Positions 17,482-25,700 of a DNA stretch of 32,000 nt are shown one piece after another. The position numbers and the translations under genes are program-made. Position 1 is the stretch's first letter; every line of letters starts with the position of its first letter. Source of the stretch: Candidatus Kuenenia stuttgartensis (GTDB lineage: Bacteria > Planctomycetota > Brocadiia > Brocadiales > Brocadiaceae). Where the stretch lies: NCBI RefSeq assembly GCF_900232105.1, contig NZ_LT934425.1, forward strand, positions 3,180,001 through 3,212,000. The letters are read 5' to 3'. The notes under the pieces are model-generated. The model did not search any database and was not told the origin of the DNA. It saw only the letters and a program-made list of their open reading frames with translations.

Positions 17482-19494
17482 TTATTTATTCGTTTTCTGC
17501 GCAGCTTGAATTTTTTCGATAGTTCTCCGTATTTCCGCTGCTTCATCACCGTCGGGATTCCGCTTCAGAAATTCCTGGAAATATGCTATCGACCTTTGTA
17601 TATCTTTTTTATAAGTGAGATAAACCATGCCGAGGTTTTTATATGCGGTTATATAGTTTGGCTGCAGACGCAAGGTTTCATTATATGCCCTGATAGACTC
17701 CTCAATCATACCGGCATTTGCGTATGCCGTTCCAAGGCAGCTATGCACTTCGGGATGGTCCGGTTCGTACTTCACAGCAAGCCTGAATTCCTCTATTGAG
17801 TCATTCAAAAGTCCTTTCTTGAATAAAGCAAGCCCTAAATTAAAATGGGCGTCATAATAATGCGGTTTTAGCCTGATTGCCTCTTTAAATTTCATTATTC
17901 CTTCGTCGATATTCCCCAAACTAATAAATATATTGCCCATATTATTGTGCGTGAGGGCGGAATCTGGATTTGCCCCGAGAACAAGTAAATATTCCTGCAT
18001 CGCCTCTTGCTGCATGCCTTTTCGCTGATACGCCATACCCAGGTTGTGGCGATATTCAGGGTCTGCTTCCAGCGAAACCGATGTTTGAAATTCATGGAGT
18101 GCTGGATCAATATCTCCTTTCCCGAAATAGATCATTCCAAGATTATTATGCGCCCGTGCACTGTAAGGGGAGTCCTGTACGGTAGTTGACCAAAAGATGA
18201 ACTGATCCCTCCAGCACCTGTTTCTATGCATAGTTGTTACTGAATAGGGGATTACCGGGATTGCTATCAATAAAACAATCATAATGGTTTGGGGAAGGTT
18301 TTTTTGTTTCACCATGGCTTCTTTGCTTCCGGAAAGGAGTGAATACCCTTTTGTTGTTTTCCGACCCGCATCACTTTTTTTGAAAAATAGTAATGCACAG
18401 CCCTTTTCCCATGCGCTGTGTATTGTTAATGCTAAAATTATGCAAAAGCCTACAGAAGGAAGATAAAGATAACGTTCCGCCATTATATTGGCAATAGGAA
18501 GGATATTCATTGCCGGAGTAAGGGTGACGAAAAACCATACCGTAAAGTAAAAGAACGGTTTCGAATAGAAATAAAACCGGCAGGCAATGATTCCCGCAAC
18601 ACATAAAAAAACCATACTACAAAGAAATGCGGGGGCAAGGGGAGTTGTTGTATGGGCGATCATATATTCAGCGTTGAAATGTACTGGGATGAACAATAGT
18701 TTTATGTATGCGGCAACCACCTTTGGCATGGTGAGCATATTAACGAAAAAACTATCTTCCGGATAGGTCAACTGTCCCTCCGCAGGATTATGCAACAGCA
18801 CAAACCTTATAAGAAGATAAAAAATACTTACCGCCAGGAAACCAATATAATAGCGAACGGCATTCTTTTTTATTTGTGCGCTATCCCCCAATATCCAATC
18901 GAAGAGGAAAACCATCAACGGCAAAGTAATTGCCATTTCTTTCGAACATAATGCGAAAAGGTATAAAAAGAGCGATGCCGGATACAGCAGGAGGTATCTA
19001 TGGAAATTTTTGGTTGAATTAATGAATAATAAAAGAGCGCCAAGAAAAAATACAGTAGTAAGGAGGTCTTCCCTATAACTGATTGCGTTTACTGTTTCAG
19101 TCAGGATTGGGTGCATGCTGAAAAACATTCCCGCCATAAATGAAACAGTTTTTTTCCGAATAACGGCAGACGTTATAAAATAAACAAGTATGACGGCAAC
19201 GGCATGGGATAGAAGATTTGTCAGATGATACCCAATGGGATTGAGTTTCCCTATTGAATAATCGATGAAATATGAAATGGTTACAAGAGGACGATACGTT
19301 GCTTCCCCTGAAAGTTTAAAATATTCAGACGTAAATAAATCCCGGAAATTTCCCCAATCCCTGATAAAATAATTATCGGTGACCGTAAATACGTCGTCAT
19401 AGACAAAGTCGTTATTGAGAGAATTGAGGAAGGCAATAAAAGGCAGGACAATGAGTATGGTTAATGGTAAAATTCGTAACATGTTATTGGTCAT
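17482..19494 (-). CDS. Polytopic membrane protein with C-terminal TPR repeats (TMTC/PMT-like GT-C glycosyltransferase candidate)
   Basis: 670 aa. The N-terminal NNDFVYDDVFTVTDNYFIRDW motif resembles the xDD motif of TMTC/PMT-type mannosyltransferases. About 10 TM helices, followed by about 6 TPR units (HNNLGMIY..., HNLGMAYQ..., HFNLGLALF...). Confidence 0.7.
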   Translation of the reverse strand: MTNNMLRILPLTILIVLPFIAFLNSLNNDFVYDDVFTVTDNYFIRDWGNFRDLFTSEYFKLSGEATYRPLVTISYFIDYSIGKLNPIGYHLTNLLSHAVAVILVYFITSAVIRKKTVSFMAGMFFSMHPILTETVNAISYREDLLTTVFFLGALLLFINSTKNFHRYLLLYPASLFLYLFALCSKEMAITLPLMVFLFDWILGDSAQIKKNAVRYYIGFLAVSIFYLLIRFVLLHNPAEGQLTYPEDSFFVNMLTMPKVVAAYIKLLFIPVHFNAEYMIAHTTTPLAPAFLCSMVFLCVAGIIACRFYFYSKPFFYFTVWFFVTLTPAMNILPIANIMAERYLYLPSVGFCIILALTIHSAWEKGCALLFFKKSDAGRKTTKGYSLLSGSKEAMVKQKNLPQTIMIVLLIAIPVIPYSVTTMHRNRCWRDQFIFWSTTVQDSPYSARAHNNLGMIYFGKGDIDPALHEFQTSVSLEADPEYRHNLGMAYQRKGMQQEAMQEYLLVLGANPDSALTHNNMGNIFISLGNIDEGIMKFKEAIRLKPHYYDAHFNLGLALFKKGLLNDSIEEFRLAVKYEPDHPEVHSCLGTAYANAGMIEESIRAYNETLRLQPNYITAYKNLGMVYLTYKKDIQRSIAYFQEFLKRNPDGDEAAEIRRTIEKIQAAQKTNK

Positions 19495-19508
19495 TGGTCA
19501 GTTTGTGA

Positions 19509-19587
19509 TGAATTTCTTAATCTGTATAATCTGTGGTTTCCCTTTTGTATTTCGTGATTTGACCTTGTTTGTTTTTGGTTATGCCAG
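19509..19587. repeat. Family-1 intergenic element, copy 4 (short, degenerate)
   Basis: TTTTGTATTTCGTGATTTGACCTTGTTTGTTTTTGGTTATGCCAG aligns with the 44-bp module of copies 1 and 3. Lies between the divergent TPR-protein and protease genes. Confidence 0.4.
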
Positions 19588-19780
19588 CTTTGGAAATAGG
19601 AGTTTATTTGTTATTCAGATATGATCATTTTTTGTATTGTACACTGAAGTGGTGTTTTTTTTAGTAGAAAAAAATGCAGCTTCTTTGCAATTGTTACAAA
19701 ACCCATGCTTGACAAAGCATCATACAATTATAAATAATTAAACCGTAAAGGAATTTTCATCTACCTTGAAAGGATACGAT

Positions 19781-20887
19781 ATGAACAAGAAATACACAAA
19801 ATTTCTCCCCTACTTTTTTTTAATTATAGCAGGATTATTTTTTTACCACGCGACAGGAAGTTTATCACGCGATAAAGTAGTGTTCCGTCCTGTAACACCA
19901 TCTCCAGGTGAATTTAGCAGCGAGGAGCAGGCTACCATAGACATTTTCAAGATGACCTCTTCTTCTGTGATATATATTACAAACAAACAGGTGCGAAGGG
20001 ATTTGTTCTCACTGGATGTCTTCAAGATTCCGCAGGGTGCCGGTTCCGGTTTTATCTGGGATGAAAACGGTCATATCGTAACTAATTTTCACGTTATCTA
20101 CAATGCGAATGAAATAGATGTGACGTTGAACGATGGTTCTGTGTGGGATGCCCGCCTCGTGGGCGTTGACCCTGACCATGACATTGCGGTGCTTAGGATC
20201 AATGCGCCAAAAACAAAACTGATACCTGTACTCATAGGTACTTCTTCCGATCTGCAGGTGGGCCAGAAAGTACTGGCGCTCGGCAATCCATTCGGTCTGG
20301 ATCTGACCCTTACAACAGGGATTATCAGCGCGCTTGGAAGAACGATTGAGGCGATGACGGGAAGAACCATTTTTGACGTTATTCAGACAGATGCCGCTAT
20401 TAATCCTGGAAATTCAGGAGGCCCCTTGCTGGATTCCTTTGGAAGAGTTATCGGAATGAACACATCAATTATGAGTCCAAGCGGTGCGAGCACAGGAATT
20501 GGATTTGCGGTTCCCATTGATACAATAAACCGTAATGTATCTCAATTAATTGCAAGGGGGAAAGTAGAACGTCCAGGTTTGGGCATTACCCTTGTTCCAA
20601 ATAACATTACAAAACAGCTTGAAATACAAGGGGCATGTATTCTTGAAGTCATTCCAAATGGGGCGGCAGACAAGGCCGGTTTACAGGGAACAAAAAGAAA
20701 CAGGACGGGCAGCCTCCTCATGGGGGATGTAATTATAGAGGTAGAGGGAAACAAGGTGAATAATTCTGAGGATCTCATCAAGGAGTTGTCCCGCTACAAA
20801 GTGGGGGATAGTGTTACATTAAAGGTTTTGCGGGATAAAAATGTCATGGAAAAAAGAATTAAACTGCAACCCATTGATAGTAAATAG
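19781..20887 (+). CDS. HtrA/DegP-family (S1C) serine protease with one PDZ domain
   Basis: Catalytic triad context (TNFHV, DIAVL, GNSGGPL), an N-terminal TM/signal segment and a C-terminal PDZ. ATG 19781 is preferred because AGGA lies 6 nt upstream; the track ORF starts at TTG 19766. Confidence 0.85.
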   Translation: MNKKYTKFLPYFFLIIAGLFFYHATGSLSRDKVVFRPVTPSPGEFSSEEQATIDIFKMTSSSVIYITNKQVRRDLFSLDVFKIPQGAGSGFIWDENGHIVTNFHVIYNANEIDVTLNDGSVWDARLVGVDPDHDIAVLRINAPKTKLIPVLIGTSSDLQVGQKVLALGNPFGLDLTLTTGIISALGRTIEAMTGRTIFDVIQTDAAINPGNSGGPLLDSFGRVIGMNTSIMSPSGASTGIGFAVPIDTINRNVSQLIARGKVERPGLGITLVPNNITKQLEIQGACILEVIPNGAADKAGLQGTKRNRTGSLLMGDVIIEVEGNKVNNSEDLIKELSRYKVGDSVTLKVLRDKNVMEKRIKLQPIDSK

Positions 20888-21078
20888 TACTACAGCGACA
20901 TTTTATTCTTACGTCCTCCACAAAAATCGGCAGAGTATTAACCATGACAGGGTTGTTTCTTTCATTTCCAACATCTGAAATAAAAATGTCGCGGTGGTGA
21001 TAGTTTCTTAATAAAAATATTTTCTCATACGCTCTGTCCATGCGGTATGAGCCAATACCTTATAACCGCCGACTATTT

Positions 21079-21200
21079 ATGTAACACTTTAGTTTTTTGA
21101 AAAAGTAGGGGCGAAGCATTTGCTGCAAATGCTTCGCCCCTAACACTATGCGGCAAACATGGCCATTATTGGCCTTTTTCAAAAAACTAAAGTGTTACAT
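21079..21200. repeat. Family-2 palindromic element, copy D (complete, both termini)
   Basis: Terminal inverted repeats ATGTAACACTTTAGTTTTTTGAAAAA (21079-21104) and TTTTTCAAAAAACTAAAGTGTTACAT (21175-21200). Perfect 18-bp-stem hairpin TAGGGGCGAAGCATTTGC-T-GCAAATGCTTCGCCCCTA (21106-21142). Ends 6 nt from the HD-GYP gene stop. Confidence 0.7.
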
Positions 21201-21205
21201 ATTTA

Positions 21206-22480
21206 TTATTCGAAGTGCAGGAGTATGCATTCTGTTTTAAGGTATTTTTCTCTTGCTTCATCCTGTGCGGCAATACGAGCAGAATTAATTTCATTAAAAT
21301 GCAAGAGTAGTGCTGAAACAATATTGGGATCGAGTTTCGATTCTTCTCCCAATTTTTTAAGCTCTTCGTGTATTGTTTCGCCGGAAAATTTATTCCGGTA
21401 TGGTCTGATTTCTGTGAGGGCGGTAAATACATTGGCAACTGCCAGGATTCGCGCTCCCAACGGGAGAAGATCCTCTTTGACATGGAAAGGATAGCCTGTC
21501 CCTGATAACGTTTCGTGGTGATACGACGCCCACGAAACAATATCCTTGAAAGCCGCGATGCTTTTAAGGATAAGATGCGTATAGAAGGGATGCTTACGAA
21601 TAATGCCAAACTCCTCTTCCGTTAACGGTTCTTCTTTTTCCAACAGCTCTATCGGCACCACAAGCATTCCGATATCGTGTACATAACCGGCAATTTTCAT
21701 CCATTGGCATTCTTGTTTTGAAAAACCGACAAATTGCGCCAATTTTTCAGCCGTAGCCGCAACGCCGGCAGAATGCGTGGCAAAAAAAGCGCTTCTGAAA
21801 TCTACAATTCTTGAAAATACCTTAGAAAAGGAAACAAGGTGCTCCATGTCCAATGAAATAGAAGGCATTTTTACCCTGCCGGACAGAATTACATAGAGCA
21901 GTGACGAAGTGGCTTCAAGCCAGAAATACTCCTTTTCTGCTAATTTCAGAAAGGCATCTACCAGTTCCGGCATGAACATTTTTCCGGATTGTGCCTTTAT
22001 CTTTTCACGAATACTGTCCACCTGCCCGAGTATTTCTTCCTGTTTATTTATTAAAGTAGAAACCCTGTCCGCAATATGTAATATATAACTGCCATATGGC
22101 ACCTTTTTTCCCGATTTCTGTATTTTATTTTTTTTATCCCAGCGGACGTGATGAAATCGTATAAGATTTGCGATGGAACTAAATGGTTTAAATTCGTTAA
22201 GGAAGAGGTATCCTAATTCTTCATGTTCGTGAGGAAATTCGCTTTCAAATTTAAGAAGGTCCATCCTTTCTGCACGGCAATAACATCCAATATCATGTAA
22301 AGCCCCTGCCAACACGAGACCTCTTTTTTCTTCCATGGATAACCCCAGTTCTTCGCTGAGGCTAAAAGCGATATAAGCAACTTGCATGTGATGATTTACC
22401 CATGCGGGATTAACCAAATCAACGGTTTCTGATAAACCCGTAGTTAAATCTAATAAGGATATTTGTGATTCTTTTGCCAT
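21206..22480 (-). CDS. Tandem HD / HD-GYP domain phosphohydrolase (putative c-di-GMP phosphodiesterase)
   Basis: 424 aa. The C-terminal domain has HDIG, HP..TH and HHETLSGTGYP (HD-GYP signature). The N-terminal domain has HDIG and HHVRWD but lacks GYP. Confidence 0.8.
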   Translation of the reverse strand: MAKESQISLLDLTTGLSETVDLVNPAWVNHHMQVAYIAFSLSEELGLSMEEKRGLVLAGALHDIGCYCRAERMDLLKFESEFPHEHEELGYLFLNEFKPFSSIANLIRFHHVRWDKKNKIQKSGKKVPYGSYILHIADRVSTLINKQEEILGQVDSIREKIKAQSGKMFMPELVDAFLKLAEKEYFWLEATSSLLYVILSGRVKMPSISLDMEHLVSFSKVFSRIVDFRSAFFATHSAGVAATAEKLAQFVGFSKQECQWMKIAGYVHDIGMLVVPIELLEKEEPLTEEEFGIIRKHPFYTHLILKSIAAFKDIVSWASYHHETLSGTGYPFHVKEDLLPLGARILAVANVFTALTEIRPYRNKFSGETIHEELKKLGEESKLDPNIVSALLLHFNEINSARIAAQDEAREKYLKTECILLHFE

Positions 22481-22504
22481 GGTTTGAAAAGGGGCAGGAA
22501 GGGA

Positions 22505-24247
22505 TTATTTTTTGTCGGCGATTCTATCGTTAAGGGACTGGATAAATTTTTCTCTATCTACATTATGCATTTTTGCAGCCATATCAATCGTTGCTACTCT
22601 TCCCATCGTATTCCTAATAACAGGATTCGCCATTTGGCTGAATCCATAATCAAGAAATATCTGCAATGTTTCAGGATATTGGTCCACAATATCAAATACC
22701 TTCGTATCCTTGTCGACTACCGTTATTTTTTTAATTTCAGAAGGCTTAGGTTGTTCCTTCGTGTTCATAGTCTTCCACAAATTGTATCCAAAAAAACCTA
22801 TCGCGGCCAGCTCAAACCATCCCGATGTTCCCACAATACCGTAAAAAATAGGTTTTCCTCCGCTTATCCCGACGGACATTTGGGAAAATACCCGGATAAA
22901 ACATCCTGTGTTTAAAAGTATGAAGGTAATATGTGAAAGTTTAATACTGTGCATATTTATGCCGGTAAACGTTGGAACCATTTTTGAAGCATAACCAATC
23001 ATCATCATCGTAATAAAACCAACGGTGACGGCATGATTAAACGAACCATGAAATTGCTTTAATATCTCTGTTTTATTATGCAAAAAAGGCATGGTAATGA
23101 GTATTAGCATGCTGATGATAAGCCATATGTAAGCAGCATGTATCGTTTTTGTATAACTCCTGTCCATTACAACACCATGAAGTTCTTTTGTAGACCTCTC
23201 AAAGACGCGCAAACCGTAAATGAATGAAAAAACGGCGAACGCAATGAAGAATACCACCAATTGTGAAAACCGCAGTGCAATGACACTTTTGCCGGCAAAA
23301 ACGCATGTAATAAAATAAACTGGTATGGATGCGTTAAGCATCCAAAAACTGAGGTTAATCGCCTTTTCACGGACAGGCTTAATGTCAAGAAAAGCATATA
23401 CTGTCCTTATATTGACAGCAAAAATAAACATAAAAACAAAACCAAAGAGGTACAAATGTACGTAGGGGCTAAAAACTGATTTGGGTATCTCCTGAACCGA
23501 TTTATTATATAAATAAAAAACCATCCCCAAGTTCACCAATGAGGAAATCAACAACCACAGTAGTCCTGCCTTGAAAAATTTGTCGAATATGCCGACCTTT
23601 TCCTGACTGGAAGATATCGTACTAAAAAGAATGAAGGAAAACAACAGGACTGCACCAATCTCAAACATCGCGGATGCAGGAAGCAGGAATCTTACAGAAC
23701 TATACGGAACAGGCTGCACGACGGCCCTTAAAACAATGCCGATAATGATGAATCCGAAGCAGACATTTACCAGATTTTTGTGCCGCAGTTCGGTATTTTT
23801 TACCCTCGGTATGATGTATAAAGCAAACCCCATAATAAAAAGTCCTACCCATCCTACTAACTGGGCATAACCATGCGCCTGGATGTGGGCATAGTGCGTT
23901 GCGTTGAAATTCAATTTAATCGCAATATAACTAAGAATAACGGCACCAAATGTTACCCCTACGGTAAGTGTAAATAAAATCGCAGCTTTCGCGAACTTTT
24001 CATATACCTTATCTACCTCTAACAGAGGAAGTTCAACATACTCCCCTCCGCCTTTTTCAATGGCTTCATTTAATTCTCTCACCAACGTGTCATAATCAAC
24101 CTCATGTGCCTTTGCAAAAAAAGCTATTGGCTCATTAGGTCCCCGCACACCGCCGGCAATGACCAGGTTATACTTTTTGAATACTGCAAGTGTTTCCGGA
24201 TGCGCCTCTATAAGGTCTTTAATTACGGTATTTTTATTTATTTCCAT
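22505..24247 (-). CDS. DUF1858 - 12-TM NnrS-like core - DUF1858 membrane protein
   Basis: 580 aa. Both the N-terminus (VIKDLIEAHPETLAVFKKYNL...AKAHEVDYDTLVRELN) and the C-terminus (VFDIVDQYPETLQIFLDYGF...AAKMHNVDREKFIQSLN) match the DUF1858 pattern. About 12 hydrophobic helices carry conserved-looking His residues (HYAHIQAHGY, HLYLFGF, HGSFNHAV), reminiscent of NnrS. The NnrS assignment is tentative. Confidence 0.6.
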   Translation of the reverse strand: MEINKNTVIKDLIEAHPETLAVFKKYNLVIAGGVRGPNEPIAFFAKAHEVDYDTLVRELNEAIEKGGGEYVELPLLEVDKVYEKFAKAAILFTLTVGVTFGAVILSYIAIKLNFNATHYAHIQAHGYAQLVGWVGLFIMGFALYIIPRVKNTELRHKNLVNVCFGFIIIGIVLRAVVQPVPYSSVRFLLPASAMFEIGAVLLFSFILFSTISSSQEKVGIFDKFFKAGLLWLLISSLVNLGMVFYLYNKSVQEIPKSVFSPYVHLYLFGFVFMFIFAVNIRTVYAFLDIKPVREKAINLSFWMLNASIPVYFITCVFAGKSVIALRFSQLVVFFIAFAVFSFIYGLRVFERSTKELHGVVMDRSYTKTIHAAYIWLIISMLILITMPFLHNKTEILKQFHGSFNHAVTVGFITMMMIGYASKMVPTFTGINMHSIKLSHITFILLNTGCFIRVFSQMSVGISGGKPIFYGIVGTSGWFELAAIGFFGYNLWKTMNTKEQPKPSEIKKITVVDKDTKVFDIVDQYPETLQIFLDYGFSQMANPVIRNTMGRVATIDMAAKMHNVDREKFIQSLNDRIADKK

Positions 24248-24700
24248 AAGTGTTAATAAAACAAATTTCTATAAACCTTTCAAGAAAATTAAAAATAAAC
24301 CGTTAATATTATTTATAATACTGCCGTATCTTTTGAAGAAACGGATTGGAAACACTCAGATTTTTCGTGTCGTGCATTAAATCGAAGGGATGGTAATTTT
24401 ATCTGTCATTTCCTGCATGTCAAAAATAGTATCACGATTTTCAGAAGCTCTGGAATTTCCTAAATTTTATTTAAAATCTTTACCTTAATTCTGTATAATG
24501 CCGCCTTTAATTTAACTTCTTAGCGCAACTAATTTGAGATTTGGTTTTTGTCTTTTTGAATATTTTCCGTTTATTGGACGTACTCAAAAACTTACAAAAA
24601 AAGAGGTTTTTACAGATTGATAATATATACTGCTGTAACTTACTGTCTACTATAAGAAATATATTCATTTTAATCTTTAACAGAAGGAGATAAGAGTGTT

Positions 24701-25075
24701 ATGCCAAAAGTATTAATAATTGATGATTCCTCCGTAATGCGCAAAATGATCCAGAGAAACATTCAACAGTCCGGTTTGATGGTTGATTCATTTGTGGAAG
24801 CAGGAGACGGAAAAGAAGCTCTGGCTAAAATTGCCGCAGATAGCAGCATTGACCTGATTCTTTGTGATTGGAACATGCCCAATATGACAGGTATTGAATT
24901 TGTGAAGGCACTCAGGGGCAGTGGAAACCAGACCCCTATTATAATGTGTACTACTGAAGGCAGTGACGCAAAAGTAGTAGAGGCTACAGGCAGTGGTGCT
25001 AATGGCTATATCACAAAACCATTCACCCCTGACCAATTAAAAACCAAATTAGGTGCTTTTTTACAAATTAAATAG
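24701..25075 (+). CDS. cheY: Chemotaxis response regulator CheY
   Basis: 124 aa single REC domain. IIDDS, DLILCDWNMPNMTG, TTEG and YITKPF motifs. AAGGAG lies upstream. Confidence 0.9.
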   Translation: MPKVLIIDDSSVMRKMIQRNIQQSGLMVDSFVEAGDGKEALAKIAADSSIDLILCDWNMPNMTGIEFVKALRGSGNQTPIIMCTTEGSDAKVVEATGSGANGYITKPFTPDQLKTKLGAFLQIK

Positions 25076-25152
25076 AAAAGTACCTTCTTAATAGCTATTT
25101 GCGCCCGGGCAATTTAAAAAAACCGAAAAAGAAATCAAAAGGAGCTTACACA

Positions 25153-25677
25153 ATGGATCTTAAGGGGATCATGGATGGGATTACTTTAGATATTAAGGAA
25201 ACAACGAAAATATTATTTGAAACAATGATTATGCTGGATTTAAACTATGGAGATGCTTCGCTCATTGACGAAACACAGATTAAAACTGATGTTATTGGCA
25301 TGGTAAGCTTTACAGGCCAGTATCACGGGGTAGTCGGTATATTTTGTTCAAAAAAATTTGCGCTAAAAGTAGCCTCCAGCATGTTAATGATGGAACTGGA
25401 GGAATTCAATAACGACGTGAAAGATGCCGTCGGAGAAGTATCTAATATGATCGCCGGAAATATTAAGACCAAAATGTCAGAAAAATATGGCGAAATGCAC
25501 CTTTCTATCCCCATTGTAATAGCGGGTGAAGGCCTTTCCATTACAGCGGTCGGCAACGTGCCTACCGTATCAGACACCGCCTTGTCATGCTTTAGCAAGG
25601 ACCCATGGTTGATGACGTATTTTAGCGCAGAAAAAGAAAAATTTGGCGTAGGTTTGCTGTTGAAAGAGTCAAAATAA
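25153..25677 (+). CDS. cheX: CheY-P phosphatase CheX
   Basis: 174 aa. AVGEVSNMIAGNIK (E-x2-N active-site motif) and overall alignment with Thermotoga/Borrelia CheX as I remember them. The ATG is preceded by AAAAGGAG; the track ORF starts earlier at TTG 25099. Confidence 0.8.
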   Translation: MDLKGIMDGITLDIKETTKILFETMIMLDLNYGDASLIDETQIKTDVIGMVSFTGQYHGVVGIFCSKKFALKVASSMLMMELEEFNNDVKDAVGEVSNMIAGNIKTKMSEKYGEMHLSIPIVIAGEGLSITAVGNVPTVSDTALSCFSKDPWLMTYFSAEKEKFGVGLLLKESK

Positions 25678-25700
25678 TAATTTATTTTCCCTATTATCTT

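Noticed and set aside
17313-17549. 78-aa ORF (or 47 aa from Met32 at 17456) between the TPR gene and recQ; the C-terminal part (AAYKEAVNEDYELYKEWEDTLGDGL) faintly resembles tails of RHH/VapB-type antitoxins
   Set aside because: It overlaps the TPR gene by 68 nt. It has no convincing RBS, no recognisable DNA-binding N-terminus and no adjacent toxin gene. At best it is a remnant, so I do not call it a gene.
19709-19737. Consensus TTGACA (19709-19714) upstream of htrA as a promoter -35 box
   Set aside because: The best -10-like hexamer (TATAAA, 19729-19734) is only 14 bp away. Hexamers at 16-17 bp spacing are poor, so this is too ambiguous to call.
1943-21200. The dispersed repeats as a CRISPR array or tandem-repeat locus
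   Set aside because: Copies lie kilobases apart in separate intergenic regions. There is no regular repeat-spacer periodicity and no cas genes.
24248-24700. Sigma28 (TAAA-N15-GCCGATAA) or sigma54 (GG-N10-GC) promoter, or a c-di-GMP riboswitch, in the long intergenic region upstream of cheY
   Set aside because: By eye I found no acceptable match to either consensus and no GEMM-like conserved core. The region is simply AT-rich. TGTATAAT at 24502-24509 is a possible extended -10 but is unsupported.
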